Origin: a virus
Lineage: Duplodnaviria > Caudoviricetes
Direction: 5' to 3' (one strand)
DNA length: 64,000 bases
Virus record (IMG/VR): IMGVR_UViG_3300025099_000001
Location: 1,605-65,604 of that record
The position numbers and the translations under genes were made by a program. Below, one piece after another: positions 39,064 through 47,116 of this stretch (position 1 is the first letter of the stretch; the number at the start of each line of letters is the position of its first letter). Under the pieces are notes generated by a model. It ran no database searches, was not told the origin of the DNA, and saw nothing but the letters and a program-made list of their open reading frames with translations.

Positions 39064-39528
39064 ATGAACTTAGAACAATTTAAAAACATAGATAAATATA
39101 AAGTAACTAATTTAAGTAATGCAATTGATAATGCAATTGATGTATCATTTAGTCAAATGATTGACACAGTAAGAACTCAATGTTATATGTCACAGAAACA
39201 AGATAGTTGGGAAGACTGTGATGAATTAGAATTTCTTGAAGACATTCCAATGTTATTCACTGATGGTAGAGATATCAAAGAGTCAATTAAAAATCAAATG
39301 AAACGTGTAGTTATATCAGCACTAACTGATTCAGATTGGGTAGGTAAGAATGATGCAATGTACCAACATTTACCTTCTGATATTGAAGATAGACTACATA
39401 AAAATTCTGATGAATATCAATCACAATTTGAGACTGAGACAGAAAGACTTGAACGTGAAGATGAAGAAGAATATGATATTAGTCCAAATGGAAAATCTAA
39501 ACCATCTGATTCTTTTGGCTGGAAATAA
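39064..39528 (+). CDS. Early acidic hypothetical protein
   Basis: 154 aa, Asp/Glu-rich. Confidence 0.7.
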   Translation: MNLEQFKNIDKYKVTNLSNAIDNAIDVSFSQMIDTVRTQCYMSQKQDSWEDCDELEFLEDIPMLFTDGRDIKESIKNQMKRVVISALTDSDWVGKNDAMYQHLPSDIEDRLHKNSDEYQSQFETETERLEREDEEEYDISPNGKSKPSDSFGWK

Positions 39529-39548
39529 ATTTTGATCATAAGAAATTT

Positions 39549-39590
39549 CCACGTGCCTCACTACTAATCGTAGTGGGGATTTCGTGGTAG
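39549..39590 (+). ncRNA. Conserved intergenic RNA hairpin, copy 2
   Basis: CCACG-TG-CCTCACTAC-TAATC-GTAGTGGGG-ATTT-CGTGG-TAG. Confidence 0.65.
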
Positions 39591-39618
39591 AAAACAAATA
39601 ATAATTAAATTAAATAAA

Positions 39619-40263
39619 ATGAAAAAGACAGTAAAAAAACTTGTGATGAAGGCAATGAGAATGCCTCACATACATCACATCAATAAACAAGGTAATGCAA
39701 TTGTTAGAAAAAAAGAGTTGCAACACATGATATGTCAAGCACAGAAAATGATTGAACATAAAAATAAACCTCTTGGTGAAAATTCAGATTCAGTAACTGA
39801 AAAAACTGATGACAATGGTAATATATACTACACTCATTCAACAGGATTTTATAATGTAACAATTGGAAAATGGGTTGATGAAGGTTTGTTGACTCGTAGC
39901 AAGGAAAATGGATATAAATTAACAGAGTTAGGTAGATTATTTGCATCCACAGATACACGTGCATATGAGATTGATAAGTGGAAACGTAAATTCAAATTAG
40001 AAAAGGCACGTGCTGATAGATTAAATTCTCACACTAATGATTTGTTAATTCAGAAAAGAAAATTACAAGACAGAATTGATGAGATTTATTTTGGAAAAGA
40101 ATTTATGGATTCAGATGACAAAGGTAGTTTACAAGAATATTTTGTTACAGATGAATGTGAATCTATTGTGACATCATCACCACCAAATTCAATCATCAAC
40201 ACTTGCTTAACTAATATGCAAGAAAGTTTAAATTGCATAACACAACATATTAATAAAGAATAA
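39619..40263 (+). CDS. Early protein with winged-helix-like motif and coiled coil
   Basis: IGKWVDEGLLTRSKENGYKLTELGR resembles a wHTH wing. Confidence 0.55.
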   Translation: MKKTVKKLVMKAMRMPHIHHINKQGNAIVRKKELQHMICQAQKMIEHKNKPLGENSDSVTEKTDDNGNIYYTHSTGFYNVTIGKWVDEGLLTRSKENGYKLTELGRLFASTDTRAYEIDKWKRKFKLEKARADRLNSHTNDLLIQKRKLQDRIDEIYFGKEFMDSDDKGSLQEYFVTDECESIVTSSPPNSIINTCLTNMQESLNCITQHINKE

Positions 40264-40280
40264 TTTTGTTTGTTTTTGTT

Positions 40281-40337
40281 CCACCAACCTCACTGTTAGT
40301 CGCAGTGGGGATTTGGTGGTAGTGGGCAATAGTGCCT
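40281..40337 (+). ncRNA. Conserved intergenic RNA hairpin, copy 3
   Basis: CCACC-AA-CCTCACTGT-TAGTC-GCAGTGGGG-ATTT-GGTGG-TAG plus GGCA/TGCC hairpin. Confidence 0.65.
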
Positions 40338-40355
40338 TAATTAAATTACAAACAA

Positions 40356-40655
40356 ATGAAAAAATTAACTGACACAACTGATATGCTTAATGAAGTATAT
40401 AGAGTTGTACTTAATCACTATGTTGCAATTGGTAGAGATAATTCAAAAACTATTTTTGATAAGATAGATGATTTGCAAAGAACAATAAAAAATAGTATTG
40501 CTATCATTCCTATTCAAGATTATGAACTCACTGATTCTGGAAATTTAAAATTATTTAGAAACGGAGTTTTGTTTAATACTTATTATGATGTAGATAGTAT
40601 TGCACAAGCTAAAATAATAATTGATGATGAAAATAAAAAACTTGGTTATGAATAA
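40356..40655 (+). CDS. Early hypothetical protein
   Basis: 99-aa ORF with A-rich leader. Confidence 0.65.
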   Translation: MKKLTDTTDMLNEVYRVVLNHYVAIGRDNSKTIFDKIDDLQRTIKNSIAIIPIQDYELTDSGNLKLFRNGVLFNTYYDVDSIAQAKIIIDDENKKLGYE

Positions 40656-40851
40656 AATAGAGATAGAAAGAAATGATGTGATTAGATTCACAGAAGTTAC
40701 TCCAAATAATTTTTGGACAATAAAATGGGAACGTGGAAGTGGATACGCATATAAAGATAAAAGTGATGCTTGTATTGGACACGTTAATAAAGATTGGTTG
40801 CTTTGGATGATTAAAAAAGGAAGTGCAGAGTTAATCAAGGCAAAATCATAA
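40648..40851 (+). CDS. Early hypothetical protein
   Basis: Likely start MNKIEIER overlapping the previous stop. Confidence 0.6.
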   Translation: MNKIEIERNDVIRFTEVTPNNFWTIKWERGSGYAYKDKSDACIGHVNKDWLLWMIKKGSAELIKAKS

Positions 40852-40859
40852 AATAATTT

Positions 40860-40907
40860 AAGGCACGATTTCGTATCTAAAAAGATATGATGTCGTGTCT
40901 TTTTTTT
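40860..40907 (+). terminator. Rho-independent terminator closing the first early operon
   Basis: Long interrupted stem AGGCACGA..TCGTATCT/AGATATGA..TCGTGTCT followed by a T-run. Confidence 0.75.
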
Positions 40908-40914
40908 GTCCTAT

Positions 40915-40975
40915 GGACTTACGAGCTCTATGGACTTACGAAAAAAAATACAAAAAGATCCGTAGGGACTTACGA
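40915..40975 (+). repeat. Cluster of three GGACTTACGA direct repeats
   Basis: Copies at 40915, 40932 and 40966, between a terminator and a promoter. Confidence 0.8.
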
Positions 40976-41055
40976 TAAATTAAAAGCCATTTCATTAGGT
41001 TATTAAGTATTTATTATGTATTTTTACCAAAGTTATTAATTAAATTTACTTACAA

Positions 41056-41283
41056 ATGAATACAAACTATGGGACATACGACTATTTATTGTCACCAAAC
41101 AATAATATAGTTGTTCATTATGAGCTGTATGAACAGCCAGAATCTGAAGACAGAATAACTCCTGAAAGAAAAGAAATTATAATAAACAAATTAATTCTTC
41201 ACGGTGATGAAGTGCAGGATGAATTAGAAGGTTTGTTAGAAAATATTCAATCTGATATGGAATTAAATTACGAGAAATTATGA
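41056..41283 (+). CDS. Hypothetical protein
   Basis: 75-aa acidic ORF downstream of a promoter-like site. Confidence 0.6.
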   Translation: MNTNYGTYDYLLSPNNNIVVHYELYEQPESEDRITPERKEIIINKLILHGDEVQDELEGLLENIQSDMELNYEKL

Positions 41284-41393
41284 AGGATATAAAATTTTGG
41301 ACAGCTCTTAAGAGACAAGCATTAAAGAGTGGAGATATAATGTATGCAATACATTGTGATAAAATGATTTATGAACTTAAAAATAAAAAATAA
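41280..41393 (+). CDS. Small hypothetical protein (37 aa)
   Basis: ATGA-coupled; MKDIKFWTALKRQALKSGDIMYAIHCDKMIYELKNKK. Confidence 0.5.
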   Translation: MKDIKFWTALKRQALKSGDIMYAIHCDKMIYELKNKK

Positions 41394-41397
41394 AAAA

Positions 41398-42153
41398 ATG
41401 AAAGTATTAGAATTATTTAGTGGTAGCCGTTCTATTGGAAAGGTTGCTGAAGAAAAAGGACACGAAGTATTTTCTGTAGATGCTATAGGTTACCCAAACA
41501 CAGATTGGGTTGGAGATATTTTAGATTGGGACTACAGACTTAATGAAATGAATGTAGGTGAGTTAGATGAGCTTTGGATACCCGATGTAATATGGGCATC
41601 GCCACCTTGCACAGATTTTTCAGTAGCTTGTATAGGTAAAAAATGGGTAAGTGGACACGAGTACCAACCAAGAGATCCTGAGCTCTTAGGTATAAAAATT
41701 TTCAATCAAACATTAGAAATTATAGCAACGTATTTAGAAAAAAATCCTAATCTTGTTTGGTACATAGAGAATCCACGTGGAAAGATGAGAAAGTCTCCAG
41801 AATGGGCTAATCTTCAACACGTTAGACAAACTGTGTCATACTGTTCTTACGGTGATTCACGAATGAAGCCAACTGACATATGGACTAATGCTTTAAATTG
41901 GAAACCAAAGCCATTATGTAAAAACTACAAGTACGATGCTGATGGTAATATAATAAATAGACACTGTCATCACGAGGCATCACAAAGAGGAGAGACAGTT
42001 AGGAAACTTAGAGAGAGAGGTATAGATGCTAAGAAAGGAGGTACGGAGTCACTTAAAAATAATCATGAACGTAGTAAGATACCAAGAGAGTTATGCGAAG
42101 AGATAGTTGATAATATGCTTTTTGAATACGAGGGGAGCCTACTACCATTTTAA
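41398..42153 (+). CDS. DNA cytosine-C5 methyltransferase (short phage type)
   Basis: Motif I LELFSGS, catalytic WASPPC, motif VI IENP; likely start at 41398. Confidence 0.85.
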   Translation: MKVLELFSGSRSIGKVAEEKGHEVFSVDAIGYPNTDWVGDILDWDYRLNEMNVGELDELWIPDVIWASPPCTDFSVACIGKKWVSGHEYQPRDPELLGIKIFNQTLEIIATYLEKNPNLVWYIENPRGKMRKSPEWANLQHVRQTVSYCSYGDSRMKPTDIWTNALNWKPKPLCKNYKYDADGNIINRHCHHEASQRGETVRKLRERGIDAKKGGTESLKNNHERSKIPRELCEEIVDNMLFEYEGSLLPF

Positions 42154-42174
42154 TAATCAAATCAATAATAAATT

Positions 42175-42315
42175 ATGGAAGAAAAACTAAAAACTTATAA
42201 ATGTATAGAACACGGAGAGATATTTTATATAGATGCAAAAAATATGGAACAAGCAATAGAATTTGCATTAATGTATGGTGGAAGTGTAATTAGAGAAGTT
42301 AAATCAAATAAATAA
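42175..42315 (+). CDS. Small hypothetical protein (46 aa)
   Basis: MEEKLKTYKCIEHGEIFYIDAKNMEQAIEFALMYGGSVIREVKSNK. Confidence 0.55.
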   Translation: MEEKLKTYKCIEHGEIFYIDAKNMEQAIEFALMYGGSVIREVKSNK

Positions 42316-42333
42316 TAAATTAAATTAAAAAAA

Positions 42334-42750
42334 ATGAAGAAAATAAATATTGACAGATATATGTCTACAAATGACTTTGTGTATAAAAACAAATTAGATA
42401 AAGAGGCTATTGAGCTCTTTGGTGAAGGCTGGGAATCCGAAGATGATATAGATCAGATTGAAAAATTATGTGATCACGTAAGCCCTAATAAATACATGGT
42501 TAGTTCTATACATGGATTAAAATATGAGGATGATATTGAAGTTCGTGAAATAGATGGACTTACGACTAAAGAAGATATTATGGAGTTTTGCGATGATTTA
42601 GCTACAAAAATAACAGAGGATATACATGGTGATGCTAAAACCTGTACAGGTAATATGCCTGAAGAAAGTCTTAAATCATATCATAATATTTACGGGGTTA
42701 TAGAAGATTATATAGATAAAAATTATATCCTTAACTTTGTAAGAAAGTAA
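42334..42750 (+). CDS. Hypothetical acidic protein
   Basis: 138-aa ORF, AATTA leader. Confidence 0.65.
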   Translation: MKKINIDRYMSTNDFVYKNKLDKEAIELFGEGWESEDDIDQIEKLCDHVSPNKYMVSSIHGLKYEDDIEVREIDGLTTKEDIMEFCDDLATKITEDIHGDAKTCTGNMPEESLKSYHNIYGVIEDYIDKNYILNFVRK

Positions 42751-42755
42751 AAATC

Positions 42756-43445
42756 ATGGATAAATTTATAGCAATAGTATCATGTGACTCACAAAGCAGC
42801 TCACATGGAGTAAGGGAAAAGTTAAGAAAACCTACATCTTACATTGATGTTGGCTATTCTCACAGCACAACAGCTGTACTACACAGTGCTTTAAAATCTT
42901 GGAAGAAAGGAAAAGATTTATGGTTTTGGAAAACCTACCCTAAAGAGCTTAAGTTTTTAGAGGTAGAAGAACACGCTCATAAGAGTTTTATTCAAGAATT
43001 AAAATACGATAAAAACAATATTTCACGTAGATTAAAAAATATTCCTTTTACGCATTTTTATTATATGACAGATAATTTTTTAAAGTTAACAGATGGATAT
43101 AATTCACAAGTTCTTTCAGTAATTCCATACGATGAGAGTATATATGGGGTAATTACAGATATAGACACTTTAGATCCTCAGTTTGTAACACGTGAAATTT
43201 ATGATAAAATTCAAGATAATGCAAACAATATAATAAAGATGTATTTTGACTCTGAGGGACTTACGAGTGACATATATAACTTTCCTAAAGAACTCCATTT
43301 ATCGCCTAAAAAAAATGAGTTTAGAATACCAAACGAAGTAATTGACTATAATAAATTTAATTATGAAACTGGAATGGTAAGGGGTGACAGCTATTCCTTT
43401 GAAGCAAAAGAAAACTTTTTACATTTTGATTTGGTTGGTAAGTAA
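42756..43445 (+). CDS. Hypothetical protein
   Basis: 229-aa ORF. Confidence 0.65.
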   Translation: MDKFIAIVSCDSQSSSHGVREKLRKPTSYIDVGYSHSTTAVLHSALKSWKKGKDLWFWKTYPKELKFLEVEEHAHKSFIQELKYDKNNISRRLKNIPFTHFYYMTDNFLKLTDGYNSQVLSVIPYDESIYGVITDIDTLDPQFVTREIYDKIQDNANNIIKMYFDSEGLTSDIYNFPKELHLSPKKNEFRIPNEVIDYNKFNYETGMVRGDSYSFEAKENFLHFDLVGK

Positions 43446-43569
43446 TTATTATGTATTTTTAAACCGAATTTGATTTGTACACGAGTTGATGTTAGGCGAA
43501 ATCAACAACGTAATTAGAAACTGTATGGCGTGTTTCTTCCTCGTTTTTTATTAATATAAATATTAAATT

Positions 43570-43746
43570 ATGGATAAAGAATATCAAGAAAAATTAGGAA
43601 ACTATAAGTACAGAGTATTAAACTTTAATAAATGGAACGAATATATTAAAGAAGAATACCAAAAGACAGCTCTTAAGAATATAAATAGAAAAGCTAAAAA
43701 ACAAAGAGAGCAAATTAAAAACAGTCCTTTAAATTTCTGTATATAA
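43570..43746 (+). CDS. Small hypothetical protein (58 aa)
   Basis: MDKEYQEKLGNYKYRVLNFNKWNEYIKEEY..., translated by hand. Confidence 0.55.
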   Translation: MDKEYQEKLGNYKYRVLNFNKWNEYIKEEYQKTALKNINRKAKKQREQIKNSPLNFCI

Positions 43747-43889
43747 TGAAAGAAGTTCATCAGTTGATCTTGAAAGAAAAATTAAAAGATAAGCCAAATG
43801 TAAAATATATACAATGGCTACAAAAATTAAATCAAGATATACTTAAGAAAATTATTATAAATAACTATACGCATAAAGAGAGGGAATAA
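43746..43889 (+). CDS. Small hypothetical protein (47 aa)
   Basis: TAATG-coupled; MKEVHQLILKEKLKDKPNVKYIQWLQKLN... Confidence 0.55.
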   Translation: MKEVHQLILKEKLKDKPNVKYIQWLQKLNQDILKKIIINNYTHKERE

Positions 43890-44035
43890 TCCCAATAATT
43901 TTATAGGTGTAAGATACCTTAATATTAAATGTTTGCTCTTTATATTTTATAAGGGGGTGGTTATAAAGGCGATATTGCCAAACACGTTAATACTTTTAGC
44001 TACTCCCTTATGAAAATTAAATTAAATTAAATGTA

Positions 44036-44281
44036 ATGAAATCACTTTCACTATACTTAGTGGAGCAGCTAAAGTCTGCTCAAAAACAAAAAATTTACAA
44101 TAAAAAAAACCGATTAAATCATATTGATCTTAATGATTTTTTTAAATACAGTGGTAACATAGAAATAAAAAATAAATTTGTTTCTGCGTGTAGATTGCCA
44201 ATACCACGTTTTGAGAGAGAAATTATTAATAATGATATGAGTAAATATAAATTAATTAAAAGATATGAGCCAAGAAATTGA
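44036..44281 (+). CDS. Hypothetical protein
   Basis: 81 aa, (AAATT)n leader. Confidence 0.6.
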   Translation: MKSLSLYLVEQLKSAQKQKIYNKKNRLNHIDLNDFFKYSGNIEIKNKFVSACRLPIPRFEREIINNDMSKYKLIKRYEPRN

Positions 44282-44519
44282 TGTGCCAGATTATTATGTA
44301 GGAGACACCTACAGAGAAGGATATTACCAAGCAAGATACGTTGTAGAAGATTTTAATTGTACGTGGAATGTAGGCAATGTTGTAACATATTGTTTACGAA
44401 GTTCTGAAAAACATGAGAGTCCAATAGAATGTTTAAAAAAATCAATCAACCACTTAAAATTTGAAATAGAAAGATTAGAAAAATTAGAAAAAAAAAGAAA
44501 TGAAAAAAGAGATATTTAA
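44265..44519 (+). CDS. DUF3310/SaV-like (T7 gp1.7-related) protein
   Basis: PDYY..VVEDF..WNVGNVVTYCLRS..KH..PIECLKKSINHL pattern. Confidence 0.7.
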   Translation: MSQEIDVPDYYVGDTYREGYYQARYVVEDFNCTWNVGNVVTYCLRSSEKHESPIECLKKSINHLKFEIERLEKLEKKRNEKRDI

Positions 44520-44799
44520 CACTTACGCAACTTTAGTTGCAGATAAATTTTACATTTCACTACAAGAAATGTTTTCCAAGTCACGTGTTCACCCACGTCC
44601 TGAAGCCAGGCAAATGCTTTATTACTTAGCTTATGAACGTCCTATAAAAATTGGTAGTATTAGAAGGTTCATGGAAGAAAATGGGCTTCCTGTTCAGCAC
44701 AATACCATAATGAAAGGATATAAAAAAGCAAAAAAAGCTGTTGAGGAAGATAAAGATTATCAAGCTTTTGTTAAAAAAACAACAGAGAATGTACAGTAA
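44500..44799 (+). CDS. DnaA C-terminal (domain IV) HTH-like protein
   Basis: ISLQEMFSKSR..EARQMLYYLA..HNTIMKGYKK matches the Bac_DnaA_C pattern. Confidence 0.65.
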   Translation: MKKEIFNTYATLVADKFYISLQEMFSKSRVHPRPEARQMLYYLAYERPIKIGSIRRFMEENGLPVQHNTIMKGYKKAKKAVEEDKDYQAFVKKTTENVQ

Positions 44800-45181
44800 G
44801 AAGGATATATTTAATCAAGCTCTAAAGGATGATACAATATACTATCATAGAAACGGTGGAATTAGCATGATTAATTTAGGTGTTAAGATCAATAAGTTTC
44901 CAAGTAAATTAGAAATTTTAAATTGTTCAAAAAACGGAGATTATTATCAAGAATTAACAGACGAAGAATATCAAATATTTTATGCTCACGGTTGGGAAAA
45001 AGGTTGTAGATTGTTAGCCTTAAGCAATTGTAAACGTAAGGTTGATCTTATACAATATAAGATGAAGACAGAAGTAAACACACGTAAAAACGATAAGTTT
45101 ATTAAAAATCTTAAAACTAAAAGAGATTTAATAATGAAAAAATATACTTATCACACAAATAAACTAATTAAATTAAATTAA
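44789..45181 (+). CDS. Hypothetical protein
   Basis: Likely start MYSKKDIF. Confidence 0.6.
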   Translation: MYSKKDIFNQALKDDTIYYHRNGGISMINLGVKINKFPSKLEILNCSKNGDYYQELTDEEYQIFYAHGWEKGCRLLALSNCKRKVDLIQYKMKTEVNTRKNDKFIKNLKTKRDLIMKKYTYHTNKLIKLN

Positions 45182-45186
45182 ATAAA

Positions 45187-45765
45187 ATGGAAAAGAAAAA
45201 CATTTACAAAGCTCTTGCTGATTTTCAACAAGAAGTACCTGTGCTTTTAAAAGGCACAGATGGTTATGGATACAAGTATATAAAACTTGAACATATAATA
45301 ACACAGATTAATCCACTATTAAAAAAACATAATTTAGGATTTACACAACTGTTACAGGATGATGGTTTAACAACAGTTTTGTTTCATCATCCGAGTGGAG
45401 AAAAACTATCATCTCATGCAGTCATTCCTGAGTGTTCAATGAAAGGTATGAATGTATATCAGTCAAAAGGTAGTGGAATAACATATTACAGAAGATATAT
45501 GTTGTCATCAATGTTAGGAATAATAAGTGATGCAGATACAGACGCTAACATTTACAATACAGTAGTTCCACAAGTTAAAAAGAAAGCTGATAAAAGTGTC
45601 ACTAAGGTTAGATTAGAAGTGGGAGGTGAAGACTGGAAAAATGTATTAAAATATATTGCTGATCCACAAATTAAAGCATTAGGACTGCCTGTTATAGTAG
45701 AACATATACAACAAAAGTTTGATGTTTCTGCTAAAATTAAAAAAGAGCTTTCTAAGCATATATAA
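45187..45765 (+). CDS. ERF-family ssDNA annealing protein
   Basis: IYKALADFQ..YGYKY..INPLLKKHNL..QSKGSGITYYRRYMLSSMLGI..DTDA. Confidence 0.85.
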   Translation: MEKKNIYKALADFQQEVPVLLKGTDGYGYKYIKLEHIITQINPLLKKHNLGFTQLLQDDGLTTVLFHHPSGEKLSSHAVIPECSMKGMNVYQSKGSGITYYRRYMLSSMLGIISDADTDANIYNTVVPQVKKKADKSVTKVRLEVGGEDWKNVLKYIADPQIKALGLPVIVEHIQQKFDVSAKIKKELSKHI

Positions 45766-46520
45766 TGGAGCTTATTAATTTAATTGAGGTTGTAAACAAC
45801 CTTAAAGATGATTCTAAGTATTATGGGACTTACGGGAAACAATGGTTATCTAATTCAGACATTGGTACACTTTTAAAAAATCCTAAAAATTTTAGAAAAC
45901 CTCAACAAGAAACTAAGGCAATGATTGAGGGAAGGTATTTTCATACTGCTATGTTAGAGCCACATAAGTTAGATGATTTTGTGTGTTTAACTTTGGCAAG
46001 TAGAAATACAAAAGCATATAAAGATTATGTTGCAGCTAATGATAAAGAAATTTATTTATTAGCGAAAGAAGTTCAGTCTTTAAATATCATTGTAGATGTT
46101 ATGAAAAATAATCATAAAATGAGAAACGCTATTTATGATAAAAGTAATTTTTATGAAGTTCCTATGGTTAAAGAAATTGGAGGTGTAAAATGGAAAGGTA
46201 AGGCTGATATAGTATGTAAGGATCAGTTAATTGATATAAAAACTACCTCTGATATTTCTAAGTTTAAATTTTCTGCACGTAAATACAATTATGATAGCCA
46301 GGCATATATATATCAACAGCTTTTTGGAAAGCCATTAGTTTTTTACGTTATTGATAAACTTACTCATGATTTAGGAATATACGAGCCATCATCAGATTTT
46401 TTAAATTACGGAGAAGAAAAGGTTATGAGGGCTATTGAGGTATACAATACATTTTATAATGAAGAAGGACCTCATATGTTAGCAGATATAAATCAATACG
46501 TTCATTATGAAACATTATAG
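45765..46520 (+). CDS. PD-(D/E)xK exonuclease (RecE/DUF3799-like)
   Basis: LSNSDI, GRYFHTAMLEP, KGKADI..IDIKTT, YDSQAYIY. Confidence 0.8.
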   Translation: MELINLIEVVNNLKDDSKYYGTYGKQWLSNSDIGTLLKNPKNFRKPQQETKAMIEGRYFHTAMLEPHKLDDFVCLTLASRNTKAYKDYVAANDKEIYLLAKEVQSLNIIVDVMKNNHKMRNAIYDKSNFYEVPMVKEIGGVKWKGKADIVCKDQLIDIKTTSDISKFKFSARKYNYDSQAYIYQQLFGKPLVFYVIDKLTHDLGIYEPSSDFLNYGEEKVMRAIEVYNTFYNEEGPHMLADINQYVHYETL

Positions 46521-46719
46521 AAACATAATATGGCATAGAAAAATGTTTTTTGTTATTAAGGTTGTTTATAAGGTAATAAAACATTATCTTTCAAAGCTCT
46601 CTTGGAAACGAGAAATATTTATAGTAGAAGTTCCAACTACTATGAAAAACGAACAGGATAAGCAAAGACTTATGGCTGACGTTTTAGAAATTTTGGAGCA
46701 TGAAATTAAAATACATTAA
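46507..46719 (+). CDS. Hypothetical protein
   Basis: 70-aa ORF filling the operon gap. Confidence 0.5.
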   Translation: MKHYRNIIWHRKMFFVIKVVYKVIKHYLSKLSWKREIFIVEVPTTMKNEQDKQRLMADVLEILEHEIKIH

Positions 46720-46720
46720 A

Positions 46721-46975
46721 ATGGATAATAAAATTTATGTAGGAGGTGGTACTGAAAAGTTTGACGGTAATCTTGTATCGGTTAGCGTTTGCTTATCTGA
46801 CTTACCTTCTGAGCATATTCAAACAGGTAAAAACGGTAAAAAGTATATCAATCTAAATGTTCAAAAGAAAAAAGAAATTGATCAGTTTGGTAAAACACAT
46901 TACGTTGCTGTTGATACGTGGAAACCTGAAGCTAAAAAAGAGGTGGTAAATTCCAACGATGACTTACCTTTCTAA
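46721..46975 (+). CDS. Small ssDNA-binding-like protein
   Basis: NGKKYINLNV..DQFGKTH..DTWKP with acidic DDLPF tail (SSB-like C-terminus). Confidence 0.6.
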   Translation: MDNKIYVGGGTEKFDGNLVSVSVCLSDLPSEHIQTGKNGKKYINLNVQKKKEIDQFGKTHYVAVDTWKPEAKKEVVNSNDDLPF

Positions 46976-46985
46976 TAATTGTGTG

Positions 46986-47030
46986 TAGTAAAAGGGAGGG
47001 GAAGATATTTCTTTCCCTCTTTTTTTACTA
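46986..47030 (+). terminator. Rho-independent terminator
   Basis: GAGGGGAAGA/TCTTTCCCTC stem with T-run. Confidence 0.65.
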
Positions 47031-47037
47031 TATTCTT

Positions 47038-47116
47038 TGGAATATAAAAAATAATAATATAATATAATAATAATCAATAAGTTAGCTAAAAAATAGCTTG
47101 GAATAAGTTTGGAATG
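47038..47116. repeat. Second IHF-site plus TTGGAAT iteron module
   Basis: AATCAATAAGTTA at 47072; TTGGAAT at 47098 and 47109; TGGAATA at 47038. Confidence 0.6.

Noticed and set aside
38988-40337. Repeats as a CRISPR array
   Set aside because: The repeats are separated by whole genes (500-700 nt), vary with compensatory changes, and no cas genes are present.
43873-43943. Cloverleaf as a tRNA
   Set aside because: No TTC T-loop, no D-loop GG, no 7-nt anticodon loop and no CCA; kept only as a generic structure.
45765-46520. Exonuclease as Cas4
   Set aside because: Lacks the four-Cys Fe-S motif and sits next to ERF, so it is a recombination exonuclease.
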